Notes: generated from the sequence alone by a model not told the origin. 64,000 nucleotides of DNA from an uncultured Pseudomonadota bacterium (GCA_949295085.1 CASFJS010000008.1:38855-102854); one strand, 5' to 3'. Positions 45,852 to 55,101 are shown, counted from the first letter of the stretch. A program made the numbers and translations.

Positions 45852-46594
45852 TCTCCGTTATCACGCCAATCCCCGGCCAAAGCCTGCCAAACGGCCAATG
45901 CCGCAACGGCCGCTGTTTCCGCCCGCAAAACCAAAGGTCCCAGGCGAATGTCCGAAACAAAAGGTTTGGCTGTCAGGGACAAAACCTCCGTCAGGCTGAA
46001 ACCGCCTTCCGGCCCGATGAGCAAAGCCGCCTTTTTTCCGGCGCAACCGGAAAAAGCGTCGGCCGCATCTTTGCCCGAACGACGTTCGTTCATGAAAAAC
46101 AATTGCCTTGTCGGATCCCAGCTTTGCAAAAGACTGTTCATATCAACCGGCACATCAATCACCGGCACGCTCAACCTGCCGCATTGTTCCGCGGCCTCAA
46201 CGGCCTGTGCCGCCAAACGCTCAATCCTGACTTTGTCCGTATTGGTGTGCTCGGTTATCACCGGAATTATTCTGGACACGCCGAGCTCAACCGCTTTTTC
46301 GATAACAAAATCCGTTTTGTCCTTTTTTAGCGGTGCAAACAAAAGCCACAAATCCTGTTCTTTTACCGGAAGACGCGTCTGTTCATCAACCGAAACAACC
46401 GTTTTTTTCTTATCGGCTTTCCGTATCCGGCACAAAAACTCGCCATCCTCGGCATTAAAGCAACCGATGACATCTTCCGCCTGGCAGCGCATAACATTGC
46501 ACAGATAATGCGAAACCTTTTCCGAAAGCTCCAGCAATCCTCCGGAAAAAAGTTTTTGCCGCATAAATAGTCTGATACGGTATTTATTTTTCAT
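45842..46594 (-). CDS. rsmE: 16S rRNA (uracil1498-N3)-methyltransferase
   Basis: 250 aa with RsmE-type PUA-like and SPOUT domains. Motifs seen: H(Y)L.NVMR near the N-terminus, LIGPEGGF and LGPLVLRAETA. Confidence 0.85.
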   Translation of the reverse strand: MKNKYRIRLFMRQKLFSGGLLELSEKVSHYLCNVMRCQAEDVIGCFNAEDGEFLCRIRKADKKKTVVSVDEQTRLPVKEQDLWLLFAPLKKDKTDFVIEKAVELGVSRIIPVITEHTNTDKVRIERLAAQAVEAAEQCGRLSVPVIDVPVDMNSLLQSWDPTRQLFFMNERRSGKDAADAFSGCAGKKAALLIGPEGGFSLTEVLSLTAKPFVSDIRLGPLVLRAETAAVAALAVWQALAGDWRDNGECR

Positions 46595-47087
46595 TCTTCT
46601 TCAAGTCGAGTCTGAGTTCTTTATTCTGCTCGTTCTTCCCGTCGGCATACATGTCAAAATAAACGTAGCCGGAACCTCCGAGAAACAGCAGTTCTACATT
46701 AAAAGACGAGCCGGCGTTTTCCGTTCCGACCAAATGGACTCGGCTCGAGTTATATCTTACATCCCAATAGCTGCCGGGCTGCGTGTCCAGTTTTACGATG
46801 ATTGTATCTTGCGGATTAGGGGCAAGAGAGGCTGTCGAAGACGATATCAAATTAACGGTATGCGTCTGAGCCGGCTCCGTATCTTCGTCTTCGGGTATAA
46901 GAATTTCCGGTTCCTCGGTGCGGCCGCTGGTTGCAGCCTCATTGTCTTTATTAAAAACATTGCGATACGACAAAGCTTCCGAGGCAGATTGCTGCACCAG
47001 CGCCTGTGCGTTAAAGCAGATTCCCACACCAAGCATAACAGCCAGTATTCCGTATTTAGTCATTATTCTTCTCCCAGAAATATGCAC
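46584..47087 (-). CDS. hypothetical secreted protein
   Basis: 167 aa. The signal peptide is MTKYGILAVMLGVGICFNAQA, with a likely start at 47063. The beta-rich C-terminal segment (KLDTQPGSYWDV) is faintly chagasin/I42-like. This is very tentative. Confidence 0.5.
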   Translation of the reverse strand: MHISGRRIMTKYGILAVMLGVGICFNAQALVQQSASEALSYRNVFNKDNEAATSGRTEEPEILIPEDEDTEPAQTHTVNLISSSTASLAPNPQDTIIVKLDTQPGSYWDVRYNSSRVHLVGTENAGSSFNVELLFLGGSGYVYFDMYADGKNEQNKELRLDLKKNEK

Positions 47088-47178
47088 ATTAATGATATTT
47101 ATTCTTCATTATATCTTTTATCTTATCTATAATAAAGTGAATATTTCGTTACAAACAATAAAAATTTTAGGATTTTTT

Positions 47179-47841
47179 ATGATTATCACCATCGATGGTC
47201 CGGCCGCCGCCGGTAAGGGAACTCTGGCACGGCAGTTGGCAAAAAAATATGGCCTGGCGTATTTTGATACGGGAATGGTCTACCGTGCGGTCGGGTTGGA
47301 ACTCCTCAACAACGGCCTGTCTCCGGATGATACGGCGGCGGCATCAAAAGTTGCCGCGGGTCTTACTTTTGCCCGAATGATTGCCCTGTCGGCGCAGCCC
47401 GGTTTTCGTTCGGCAGCCGGCGGTCAGGCGGCGTCAAAAGTTGCCGCCATGCCAAAAGTTCGCGAATATTTATTAAAAATGCAGCAGGATTTTGCGCGTA
47501 CCCCGAAACTGCCGACGGGGGAAAAAACCGCCGGCGTGGTTTATGACGGTCGCGATACCGGCACGGTCATTTGTCCGCAGGCCGATGTCAAATTTTTTAT
47601 TACCGCGTCTCCGGAGGTTCGTGCCATGCGGCGACACAAAGAATATTTGCAAAAAGAGATGCCCTCTGTTTATGAGGACGTTTTGGCCCAAACCAAAGAA
47701 CGCGATTTAAGAGATTCTTCACGGACATCGGCACCGCTGAGGCCGGCAGAAGACGCCGTTATTATCGATACTTCCGATATGGATATCACCGAGGTATTTG
47801 CCGAGGCCTGTCGGATTATTGATGACAAATTTTTGAAATAA
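47179..47841 (+). CDS. cmk: cytidylate kinase
   Basis: The start is MIITIDGPAAAGKGT (P-loop). The ORF-track N-terminal extension back to 46918 overlaps the neighbouring gene and is rejected. Confidence 0.9.
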   Translation: MIITIDGPAAAGKGTLARQLAKKYGLAYFDTGMVYRAVGLELLNNGLSPDDTAAASKVAAGLTFARMIALSAQPGFRSAAGGQAASKVAAMPKVREYLLKMQQDFARTPKLPTGEKTAGVVYDGRDTGTVICPQADVKFFITASPEVRAMRRHKEYLQKEMPSVYEDVLAQTKERDLRDSSRTSAPLRPAEDAVIIDTSDMDITEVFAEACRIIDDKFLK

Positions 47842-47904
47842 ATAAAAATCTTCCGGTTGCCGTCAAGCGCATCCAAACGCTGGTATTTAGGCAAAGATGA
47901 ATTT

Positions 47905-48753
47905 TTACCCGGCCAAAAAGCTTTTAATCTCTGTCAGGCGTGCCAGAGCATCCCGTCTTCCGAGCTCATACATCTGTCTCACGATTCCAAGGTCGGACTC
48001 CATCTTGCCGATTTTGATTAATTTTGACGGTTGCAAAACCAAAGCTTGTCCGATTCTTTGTTGCGCAAAAACATCATCAAGCTCGCGGTTATACATAAGG
48101 TATCGTTGGTCGATGGCTTTGGCAAATTCCGGATATCGCCGGTAAACCAGCTTTGCCAGCCAACCGTTATGGGCGGGTTTTTTGCGGTAACCTTCCGGTC
48201 GTGTCAGGATAACAACATTGCGTCCATATCCCAAATCCTGTGCCGCCCTGAGAGGAATACTGTCGCAAATACCGCCGTCCAACAGTTTTTTGCCGTTAAT
48301 CTCAACGATTTTTGATAAAAACGGCAGCGAGGCCGAGGCGCGCAAATAATCAATCTTTTCGCCGCGCAAACTTTGGCACAAGATATATTCGGCTTTGCCT
48401 GTTTCCAGATTGGAGCAGACGGCATAAAATTTTGCCGCACTTTTTTCAAAAGCGTCATGGTCAAAAGGATCCAATTTGTCCGGTAATTCATGGTAGCAAA
48501 AATCGGTATCGACCACATTGCCGGTTTTTAGCCAGTTTCTAAGGCTCATAAAGCGCGGGTCGTTACCATATTTGAGATTATAGCGGATAGAGCGTTCTTT
48601 TTGTCCGGCCACGTACGAACAGCCGTGAATGGCGCCGGCCGAAACACCGAATACGGCGTCCGGCATGATGGAGTTTTCCAAAAAAACATCCAAAACGCCG
48701 GCGGTGTAAATACCGCGTTTGGCGCCGCCTTCAAGAATAAATGCCGTAGCCAT
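47905..48753 (-). CDS. patatin-like phospholipase
   Basis: 282 aa with the oxyanion GGAKRG, the lipase motif GVSAG, and a DGG near the C-terminal half. Confidence 0.85.
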   Translation of the reverse strand: MATAFILEGGAKRGIYTAGVLDVFLENSIMPDAVFGVSAGAIHGCSYVAGQKERSIRYNLKYGNDPRFMSLRNWLKTGNVVDTDFCYHELPDKLDPFDHDAFEKSAAKFYAVCSNLETGKAEYILCQSLRGEKIDYLRASASLPFLSKIVEINGKKLLDGGICDSIPLRAAQDLGYGRNVVILTRPEGYRKKPAHNGWLAKLVYRRYPEFAKAIDQRYLMYNRELDDVFAQQRIGQALVLQPSKLIKIGKMESDLGIVRQMYELGRRDALARLTEIKSFLAG

Positions 48754-48984
48754 CGAAGTTTCCCTTTCATAACAAGATCAACAAAACAACAGATATTTTG
48801 TAGCAATTCGTTTGTTGCAATGCAACCGTAAAATCAAATTATATAAAAACAAAAGTCGCCCGATCCTTAACGATCGTTCGGCGGCACAACAGAGGGATGA
48901 ATATGCTCAAGGCGCGGCACAAATAAAAAAATCAAAAAACTGTAACACTTTTTAAGTAATTTATATGTTATACTCATCCTATAA

Positions 48985-48998
48985 TGTTTACGTAAACA
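48985..48998. promoter_or_regulatory. 14-bp perfect palindrome abutting a TATAAT, possible operator
   Basis: tgtttacgtaaaca follows TATAAT (48980-48985) directly. It ends 22 nt upstream of the ATG at 49021. Confidence 0.3.
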
Positions 48999-49020
48999 AA
49001 ATTAACCGCGGCGCACGACA

Positions 49021-50991
49021 ATGTTTAAGCGTATGAAAAACATATCTTTTTTGTTTGTTCTGGCTTTGAGCCTGAGCTTTGGCGCGCCCGCAGCACGGGC
49101 CCAGCAGCTCTGGGACGCGAGCGAAAGCGGTATGAGCGCCGCCGACTTTGCCCAAAATTATGGCGGCGAGGCCTATGCCGATGTTCTGAAACAGGCGACA
49201 GACCAGAAAAAAATTATTTGCGGAAACAAAGATACCGTTTGCGACGCAGAAACCGAAATTTGTTTGCGCTGCGTGGGGAAGAGAAGATCAGAGCGCCTAT
49301 GGATCTTTGATAGAAAAGCAGTATATGATATGGGGCGTTGCGTTGCCAAAGCATCGGCAGATATGACAAATATACAAAAAAGTTGGCCGGAATGCCGACT
49401 CGATGTAGATTTAAACTGGGGGCTTCTGGAAGAAGAACTCTCATACACGCTTACGCTGGAGCCATCCGGCTTTTTGTCCGAAAGTTCAATCAGGACGCTA
49501 TTTATAACCTGGGCTAAAAGCAAGCATGAATTTACGGATGCCAAAGGCAATAAATATGCGCTATACATGCAGGATGGCAGCTCAACCATTAACTACGCCA
49601 ACCGTGGCAGCGCCACCAAAGGCTGCGAGGTTCTGCCGGTCAAAATTTTTAACCTTAAGGGCTGTTTTTTCTGTCCTCTGGCCGATATTATTTTCAACGC
49701 CGCCAATAATGTAACGGCGCAGGCCGACAGCGTTTTTTCCAAAGCTTTTTTATCCGTAACGGCGGTGATGTTTGCGCTTTGGCTGGCCATAGCCGCGTTG
49801 CAACAGGTCTTTCCGCTGACCAAGCAGGACGCTCCGAAGTTTTTATCTTCCATAATCAAGCAGGGCTTCAAATTCCTGATAGTGTTTTTTCTGCTGACCA
49901 ACATACAGTATTTATTTAAAATGTTTATCAACCCTGTGCTAAACAGCGGGCTTGAAATGGGGATAGCCATATCTTCACCCTCCGCAAAAGTCGAAATAAC
50001 GGAGTGTACCCCCGGCAATGCTTCTTATTACAACAATGCGATAGGTTCCGCGCGGTCTTTGCAATGCAAAATCAAAGACTACCTGACCGCATTGCAATCA
50101 AAAATTTCTTATATGCAGGCGATTGGCACCTCGCTGTTTTGTATCGGCAGCCACGAAATCATCACGATTGAGCCGGAAAAGTTTAAAGGGGGCTTTGCCT
50201 TAATGTTTCTGGGCGGAATGCTGGCGGTTTTCGGCTTTCTGTTGACCATTGCTTTCGGCTTCTACTTTCTTGATGCGTTGTTGCAACTGGCAATTATCGG
50301 CGCCATGCTGCCGTTTATGATTGCCGGCTGGCCGTTTAAGCCGACGACGCAATATGCTTCCACCGGTTTTAAGATGCTGCTGAACACCTTTTTTGTGATG
50401 TTTTTTACCGGTTTTGTCATCAGCGTCAATTTTGAGCTGGTTGAAAACGCCATTGATTTGGCTCCGGAAAGCTCGGAAAACGCTCAATATATGGAGGAAA
50501 GGAGTGGGGGAATGGCCGCCATAGCTCTGGCCATCAACGAACAAAATGTTGAAAAAGTTCATCAGAAAACCGACTTAGGCAGTACGGGTTTTCTGCTGCT
50601 TACGTTTGCCTGTCTCTTTGGTTTCAAATTCGTTGCTCAGGTAACGCCTTTGGCCGGCAAGCTATCCGCCGGCGGCTTTAAGCCGATTGCCGGCCGTATC
50701 GGCACCATGGCGGCCTCGGCGGTTAAGGGTGCGGCCCAAAAAGCGACTTCTCCGGTGCGGGAGGCCGTGGCGGAAAAATATCATGAAGCCGGCGGTGTCG
50801 TCGGTATTGTCGGCAAACCGGTTGAAAAACTCGGCGGCCTTGCCGGACGGGCCATTGCCGGCGAGGATCAGGAAGGCAAAAGCTGGAAAGAAAAATCATT
50901 CAGAGGCAAAGTCGGCGCGGCCGTCAGCGGCATAGCCGCCGCGCCGCGAAAAGCCGCCAAAGCCGTTCATCGCAGCGTGCCGCGCAAATAA
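49021..50991 (+). CDS. polytopic membrane protein with Cys-rich secreted N-domain; possibly TrbL/VirB6-like
   Basis: 656 aa. In order: a signal peptide, a ~190-aa Cys-containing domain, 6 or more TM helices, and a Gly/Ala/Lys-rich tail. The VirB6-like call rests on architecture only. Confidence 0.55.
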   Translation: MFKRMKNISFLFVLALSLSFGAPAARAQQLWDASESGMSAADFAQNYGGEAYADVLKQATDQKKIICGNKDTVCDAETEICLRCVGKRRSERLWIFDRKAVYDMGRCVAKASADMTNIQKSWPECRLDVDLNWGLLEEELSYTLTLEPSGFLSESSIRTLFITWAKSKHEFTDAKGNKYALYMQDGSSTINYANRGSATKGCEVLPVKIFNLKGCFFCPLADIIFNAANNVTAQADSVFSKAFLSVTAVMFALWLAIAALQQVFPLTKQDAPKFLSSIIKQGFKFLIVFFLLTNIQYLFKMFINPVLNSGLEMGIAISSPSAKVEITECTPGNASYYNNAIGSARSLQCKIKDYLTALQSKISYMQAIGTSLFCIGSHEIITIEPEKFKGGFALMFLGGMLAVFGFLLTIAFGFYFLDALLQLAIIGAMLPFMIAGWPFKPTTQYASTGFKMLLNTFFVMFFTGFVISVNFELVENAIDLAPESSENAQYMEERSGGMAAIALAINEQNVEKVHQKTDLGSTGFLLLTFACLFGFKFVAQVTPLAGKLSAGGFKPIAGRIGTMAASAVKGAAQKATSPVREAVAEKYHEAGGVVGIVGKPVEKLGGLAGRAIAGEDQEGKSWKEKSFRGKVGAAVSGIAAAPRKAAKAVHRSVPRK

Positions 50992-50995
50992 TATC

Positions 50996-51895
50996 CTAGC
51001 TTTGGCGTCGCGCCAGGGGGTGCCTTTTTTGCACGTCATCCCGCAGTTCATCAGATAAAATATGAGTATAAATCTCGGTTGTGCTGATATTTTCATGCCC
51101 CAGCATTTTTTGCAGCGAGCGCAAATCAACTTCGCGGTTGATAAGGTGTGTGGCAAACGAATGCCGAAAAACGTGCGGTGAAACTTTTTGGACATCTATG
51201 CCGGCCAGCACCGCCAGATTTTTAAGATTTTTAAAAAATCCGTCACGCGTAATATGTCCGCTCCGCGCCGTGGCCGAGGGAAACAAAAACGGCGTTTCTC
51301 TGTCCTTGAGCAGTTTGCGCCGCTCCGGCAGATAGGCCAGCACGTCATCAATCGCCGCTTTGGCGATCGGCACGATTCTTTCTTTGGCGCCTTTGCCTTT
51401 GATTAATATTTGCTGCCGGTCATAGTTAATACAATTCAGCGGCAGCCCGACAAGTTCCGAAACGCGAAGCCCGCAGGCATACATAAGCTTGAGCATGGCG
51501 GCGGTGCGCTTGTGGCGGATATCGGGATTATGTTCCGCGGCCGCAAGCATCAGGTTAACTTCGTCGCGGGTCAAAAACTTCGGCAAACGCCGGCCTTTTT
51601 TCGGCGCAGATATATTAACCATCGGGTTGTCGGTAATTTCTTTTTCCGACAATAAGAATTTAAAAAAATCATTAAGCGCGGATATTCTGCGGGAGATTGA
51701 TGTCGGCGCGGCACCTTTTTCGCTTAAGGCTTGAACAAACTTTTGCACGTCGCGCTCACCAACCAATGTCAAATCTTTGCCAACAAAAGCAGACAGCAGT
51801 TCTAAATCCCGCCGGTAAGCGTCAATCGTATTTTGCGCCGCTCCATGCTCGGCCGCCTGCATATCCAAAAAGTCGTCAATCAGTCCGTCAGTCAT
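50996..51895 (-). CDS. xerD: site-specific tyrosine recombinase XerD
   Basis: 299 aa. Motifs seen: N-terminal SAM-like domain, ARGLRVSEL, HVFRHSFATHL and GHENISTTEIYTH. Confidence 0.9.
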   Translation of the reverse strand: MTDGLIDDFLDMQAAEHGAAQNTIDAYRRDLELLSAFVGKDLTLVGERDVQKFVQALSEKGAAPTSISRRISALNDFFKFLLSEKEITDNPMVNISAPKKGRRLPKFLTRDEVNLMLAAAEHNPDIRHKRTAAMLKLMYACGLRVSELVGLPLNCINYDRQQILIKGKGAKERIVPIAKAAIDDVLAYLPERRKLLKDRETPFLFPSATARSGHITRDGFFKNLKNLAVLAGIDVQKVSPHVFRHSFATHLINREVDLRSLQKMLGHENISTTEIYTHILSDELRDDVQKRHPLARRQS

Positions 51896-52022
51896 TTATC
51901 TGGATAACTTCTTCAACATGCTCCGACTGCACGGGAATTTCGTGCAGAACGGCAAATCCGACGGCCAAAATAATCACAAGCCCGATGATATAATACAAAA
52001 ATTTGGGTTTTTCGCGGCGCAT
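51888..52022 (-). CDS. possible 44-aa single-TM ORF overlapping the xerD start
   Basis: The translation is MRREKPKFLYYIIGLVIILAVGFAVLHEIPVQSEHVEEVIQIND. It is below the ORF-track cutoff and has an 8-nt overlap with xerD. Confidence 0.3.
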   Translation of the reverse strand: MRREKPKFLYYIIGLVIILAVGFAVLHEIPVQSEHVEEVIQIND

Positions 52023-52112
52023 TCCTCAAAATCCTTTTTAATAAAAAAGAGTTGCTAAAAACAGATGTTATTTATATAGTTAGCACAATTAATTTGAAAG
52101 ATAAAACCGAAA

Positions 52113-52682
52113 ATGAACATACAAACAGATAAAATAATTTTGCTTGTCGGCCTGATGGGCAGCGGCAAAACATCGGTTGGCAAACGTTTGGCGCAAAAGC
52201 TCAATCTGCCTTTTATCGATGGCGACCGCGAAATTGAAAAAGCCGCCGGCCTGAGCCTGATTGACGTACTCAAATGCTTTGGCACCGAAGAATATCGCGC
52301 CGGCGAGGCGCGGGTAATGAAACGCCTGTTGTCATCCGGACCCTGCGTTTTAGCCTCCGGCGGCGGGTCGTTTGTCTGCGAGCAAACCAGAAAACTGGCC
52401 AAAGAAAAAGCCGTAACCGTATGGCTTAAAGCCGATGTCGATATTTTATGCCGCCGCACCGCCGGCCGTTATCACCGTCCGTTCCTAAAAGGTGATGATC
52501 AGGGCTTGCGCAGCAAGATTGAAAACTATATCCGGGAAGAATACCCGTATTATTCCGAAGCCGATATCGCGGTTGAAACCAGAGAAGAACAGGTTTCGGA
52601 TACGGTGGCGCGGGTTGTTGCAGCGCTGGACGATTTTTTTGCGGCCAAGACCTCAGGCCAAAAGCTGCCGGATAAGGCCTAA
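52113..52682 (+). CDS. aroK: shikimate kinase
   Basis: 189 aa with the P-loop GLMGSGKTSVGK and IDGD motifs. Confidence 0.9.
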   Translation: MNIQTDKIILLVGLMGSGKTSVGKRLAQKLNLPFIDGDREIEKAAGLSLIDVLKCFGTEEYRAGEARVMKRLLSSGPCVLASGGGSFVCEQTRKLAKEKAVTVWLKADVDILCRRTAGRYHRPFLKGDDQGLRSKIENYIREEYPYYSEADIAVETREEQVSDTVARVVAALDDFFAAKTSGQKLPDKA

Positions 52683-53327
52683 AGATTTTTCCGGCGCCAG
52701 TTTCCAAAAGTCCTGATACTGTTGACAATGGTTGTCAACACCGGGGGTGTCGCTGATAATCCGCAGAGCCAAAAACGGCACGCGGTATAAGTGGCAAACC
52801 TGGGCGATGGCGGCGGATTCCATATCCACGGCCAGCGCCTGCGGAAAACGGGTCTTAATTTTTTCCAGTTCCTGCCGGTCGGTAATAAACTGATCGCCGC
52901 TTACAATCAAACCGCGGTGCAGATTTCCGGCGTTTTGCGCCGTAAACTTATCCAACAAAGCGCCATCGCCGGCAAACCTGACCGGCAGCCCCTGCACCTG
53001 TCCGTACTCATTGCCGTCTCCGCACCAAACATCATGATACGCCGTATATTCGCCGGCCACCACATCCAAAACCTTTAGTTGAGCGTCTATGCCGCCGGCA
53101 ACACCGCTGCTGATAATGTTATCCAGAGCAAAATTATTAATCATTTCAACCGTCGCGGCGGCCGCATTCACCTTGCCGATGCCGGCGCGTGCCAACACAA
53201 TCTGCCGGTTTCCCAATATTCCTTCAACAAATTCCAAATGGCGCAGCTTGGCAACTTTGGGCTGCCGCAAAAGCTGCCGGACAAGCTCAAATTCTTTGTT
53301 CATCGCCACGATAAGACCGGTTTTCAT
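52653..53327 (-). CDS. mtnN: 5'-methylthioadenosine/S-adenosylhomocysteine nucleosidase
   Basis: 224 aa with GIGKVNAA, SGVAGG and VDMESAA motifs. Confidence 0.85.
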   Translation of the reverse strand: MKTGLIVAMNKEFELVRQLLRQPKVAKLRHLEFVEGILGNRQIVLARAGIGKVNAAAATVEMINNFALDNIISSGVAGGIDAQLKVLDVVAGEYTAYHDVWCGDGNEYGQVQGLPVRFAGDGALLDKFTAQNAGNLHRGLIVSGDQFITDRQELEKIKTRFPQALAVDMESAAIAQVCHLYRVPFLALRIISDTPGVDNHCQQYQDFWKLAPEKSLGLIRQLLA

Positions 53328-53342
53328 AAGTAATTGTCCCTG

Positions 53343-53864
53343 TTAATATTGCAACAAAGAGATTGTCTTGCCATAAGGCCGCAGCTTTTTGCTGCCGTTC
53401 AAGTCGGACAGCTCTATCAAAAAAGCCGTCGCCGCAATACGGCCTTTTAGCCGCAAAACGAGCTTGCAGGCCGCCTCGGCCGTTCCGCCGGTAGCTAAAA
53501 GATCATCAATAATCAGCACTCTTTCGTCTGGGGCAATAGCGTCCTGATGTACTTCAAGCGCCGCCGAACCATATTCCAGATCATAATATTCTTTGAGTGT
53601 GGCTGCCGGCAGTTTTCCCGGTTTGCGCAGCACCACCAAACCGCAGCCGAGCTTGTAGGCCAAAGGCGCGCCGATAAGATAACCGCGCGATTCGATGGCG
53701 GCAATCTTATCAATCGGTTCGTTTTTCAACACATCATACAGGGCGTCGATAATCAGCCTAAAGCAGCGTTTATCCTTAAGCGCGGTGGTAATATCTTTAA
53801 ATAAAATCCCCGGTTTGGGAAAATCCGGCACATCGCGGATGGCTTGTTTTATCTCTTCATACAT
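53343..53864 (-). CDS. apt: adenine phosphoribosyltransferase
   Basis: 173 aa with FPKPGILFKDIT and the PRPP motif VLIIDDLLATGGT. Confidence 0.93.
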   Translation of the reverse strand: MYEEIKQAIRDVPDFPKPGILFKDITTALKDKRCFRLIIDALYDVLKNEPIDKIAAIESRGYLIGAPLAYKLGCGLVVLRKPGKLPAATLKEYYDLEYGSAALEVHQDAIAPDERVLIIDDLLATGGTAEAACKLVLRLKGRIAATAFLIELSDLNGSKKLRPYGKTISLLQY

Positions 53865-53995
53865 GCGTAATCATCCTTTCATTCCAAAAGTATAACCGGC
53901 AGATTTTTTTTGACAATAAATTAAAGAGAATAATACCAAATTTTAATATTTGCATTATATTAATAGAGCAAAATATCGGCAGGGAGATTTGGGCT

Positions 53996-54880
53996 ATGAA
54001 AAAAGTTTTGTCATTTGATATCGGCGGTACCAAAATCGCTTATGCGGTGGTGGATGGAGAGGGACGCTTTTCCAACGAGGTGATTAAGGTTTCAACCCCA
54101 AAAACCGCCGCCGGCATAGCCGAGTTGCTGAAAACCACGGCCAAAGGACTTGAAGCCGAAATTGACGGCGTGGCCGTCTCAACCGCCGGCGCGGTTAATC
54201 ATGAGGGAACCCGCATTACCTCACACACCGGCAACCTGCCCGAAGGCTACAATCAGACGGATTTCACTGCTTTAAGCACCAGGCCGGTTTTGGTTGAAAA
54301 CGATGCCAACTCGGCCGGCTGGGCGGAGTTTTCGCTCGGTGCGGCCAAAGGTTGCCGCAATGCCGTTATTTTGACTCTCGGCACCGGTGTCGGAGCCGGC
54401 ATTATTGTCGACGGCCGTTTGCTTAAAGGCAAATCGGGCGCCGCCGGTGAAATGCATTTTCCGATAGATTCCGGCCGCAAAAGAATTTGCAACGGCTGCG
54501 GTATGTACGATTGCTTTGAATCTTTTGCCTCCGGCACGGGGCTGAATACCAACGCCCGCGAGTATATGGGGCCGGAATCGACCAGCTATGACGTTATCCG
54601 CGGCCTCAAAGAGGGCGATCATCAGGCGCGCGCCGCTTTTGACAAATGGCAGGATTATCTGGTTAAAGGATTGATTATGCTGGCTAATATTTTTGACCCT
54701 GAGGTAATTGTTCTTTCCGGCTCAATGGCCAAATTTGTTGAATATGACAAGGTCAACGCCGCCGCCAACGCCAAAATATTAACTCAGCCCTTTGCCTTAA
54801 AAGAGGCGGTTTTTGAAAACAACGCCGGCATTATCGGCGCCGCATTGCTGCTGATTGACAAGCTGCAGAATAAAAAATAA
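53996..54880 (+). CDS. ROK family sugar kinase
   Basis: 294 aa with DIGGTKIAYA, ENDANSAGWAE and GTGVGAGII motifs and a Cys-containing ROK zinc motif region. Confidence 0.8.
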   Translation: MKKVLSFDIGGTKIAYAVVDGEGRFSNEVIKVSTPKTAAGIAELLKTTAKGLEAEIDGVAVSTAGAVNHEGTRITSHTGNLPEGYNQTDFTALSTRPVLVENDANSAGWAEFSLGAAKGCRNAVILTLGTGVGAGIIVDGRLLKGKSGAAGEMHFPIDSGRKRICNGCGMYDCFESFASGTGLNTNAREYMGPESTSYDVIRGLKEGDHQARAAFDKWQDYLVKGLIMLANIFDPEVIVLSGSMAKFVEYDKVNAAANAKILTQPFALKEAVFENNAGIIGAALLLIDKLQNKK

Positions 54881-55101
54881 AGCGGCCGGCCGCCGTAATA
54901 CACTCACTCGGCCAAGGCGGGAACCCCTTTTTACTCAAAATTCTGCCCGGCTCCCGTCCGAATATTCTCAGACGGGTGACATTCCCCCGCTTTTTATACT
55001 AACATCTCCGGCCGCCGTGAAAATATCATCTTACGACAGTAACGGGATGAAAATCAAAAAGGCAAAAAATCCACAGATTTGTGTATATTTTTTCGTGGCG
55101 C

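Noticed and set aside
45630-46508. 292-aa plus-strand ORF
   Set aside because: It is antisense to rsmE and the response regulator, both of which carry clear family motifs.
46918-47178. N-terminal extension of cmk given by the ORF track (307 aa)
   Set aside because: The extension overlaps the upstream minus-strand gene and is hydrophobic nonsense. The conserved kinase begins at MIITIDGPAAAGKG (47179).
47905-48753. Patatin as effector of a CBASS-type defence system
   Set aside because: There is no adjacent CD-NTase, SMODS or sensor gene. The flanking genes are cmk and a membrane protein.
50996-51895. Tyrosine recombinase as marker of a mobile element next to the VirB6-like gene
   Set aside because: The sequence and its neighbours (aroK, mtnN, apt) fit housekeeping XerD. 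I saw no att-like repeats.
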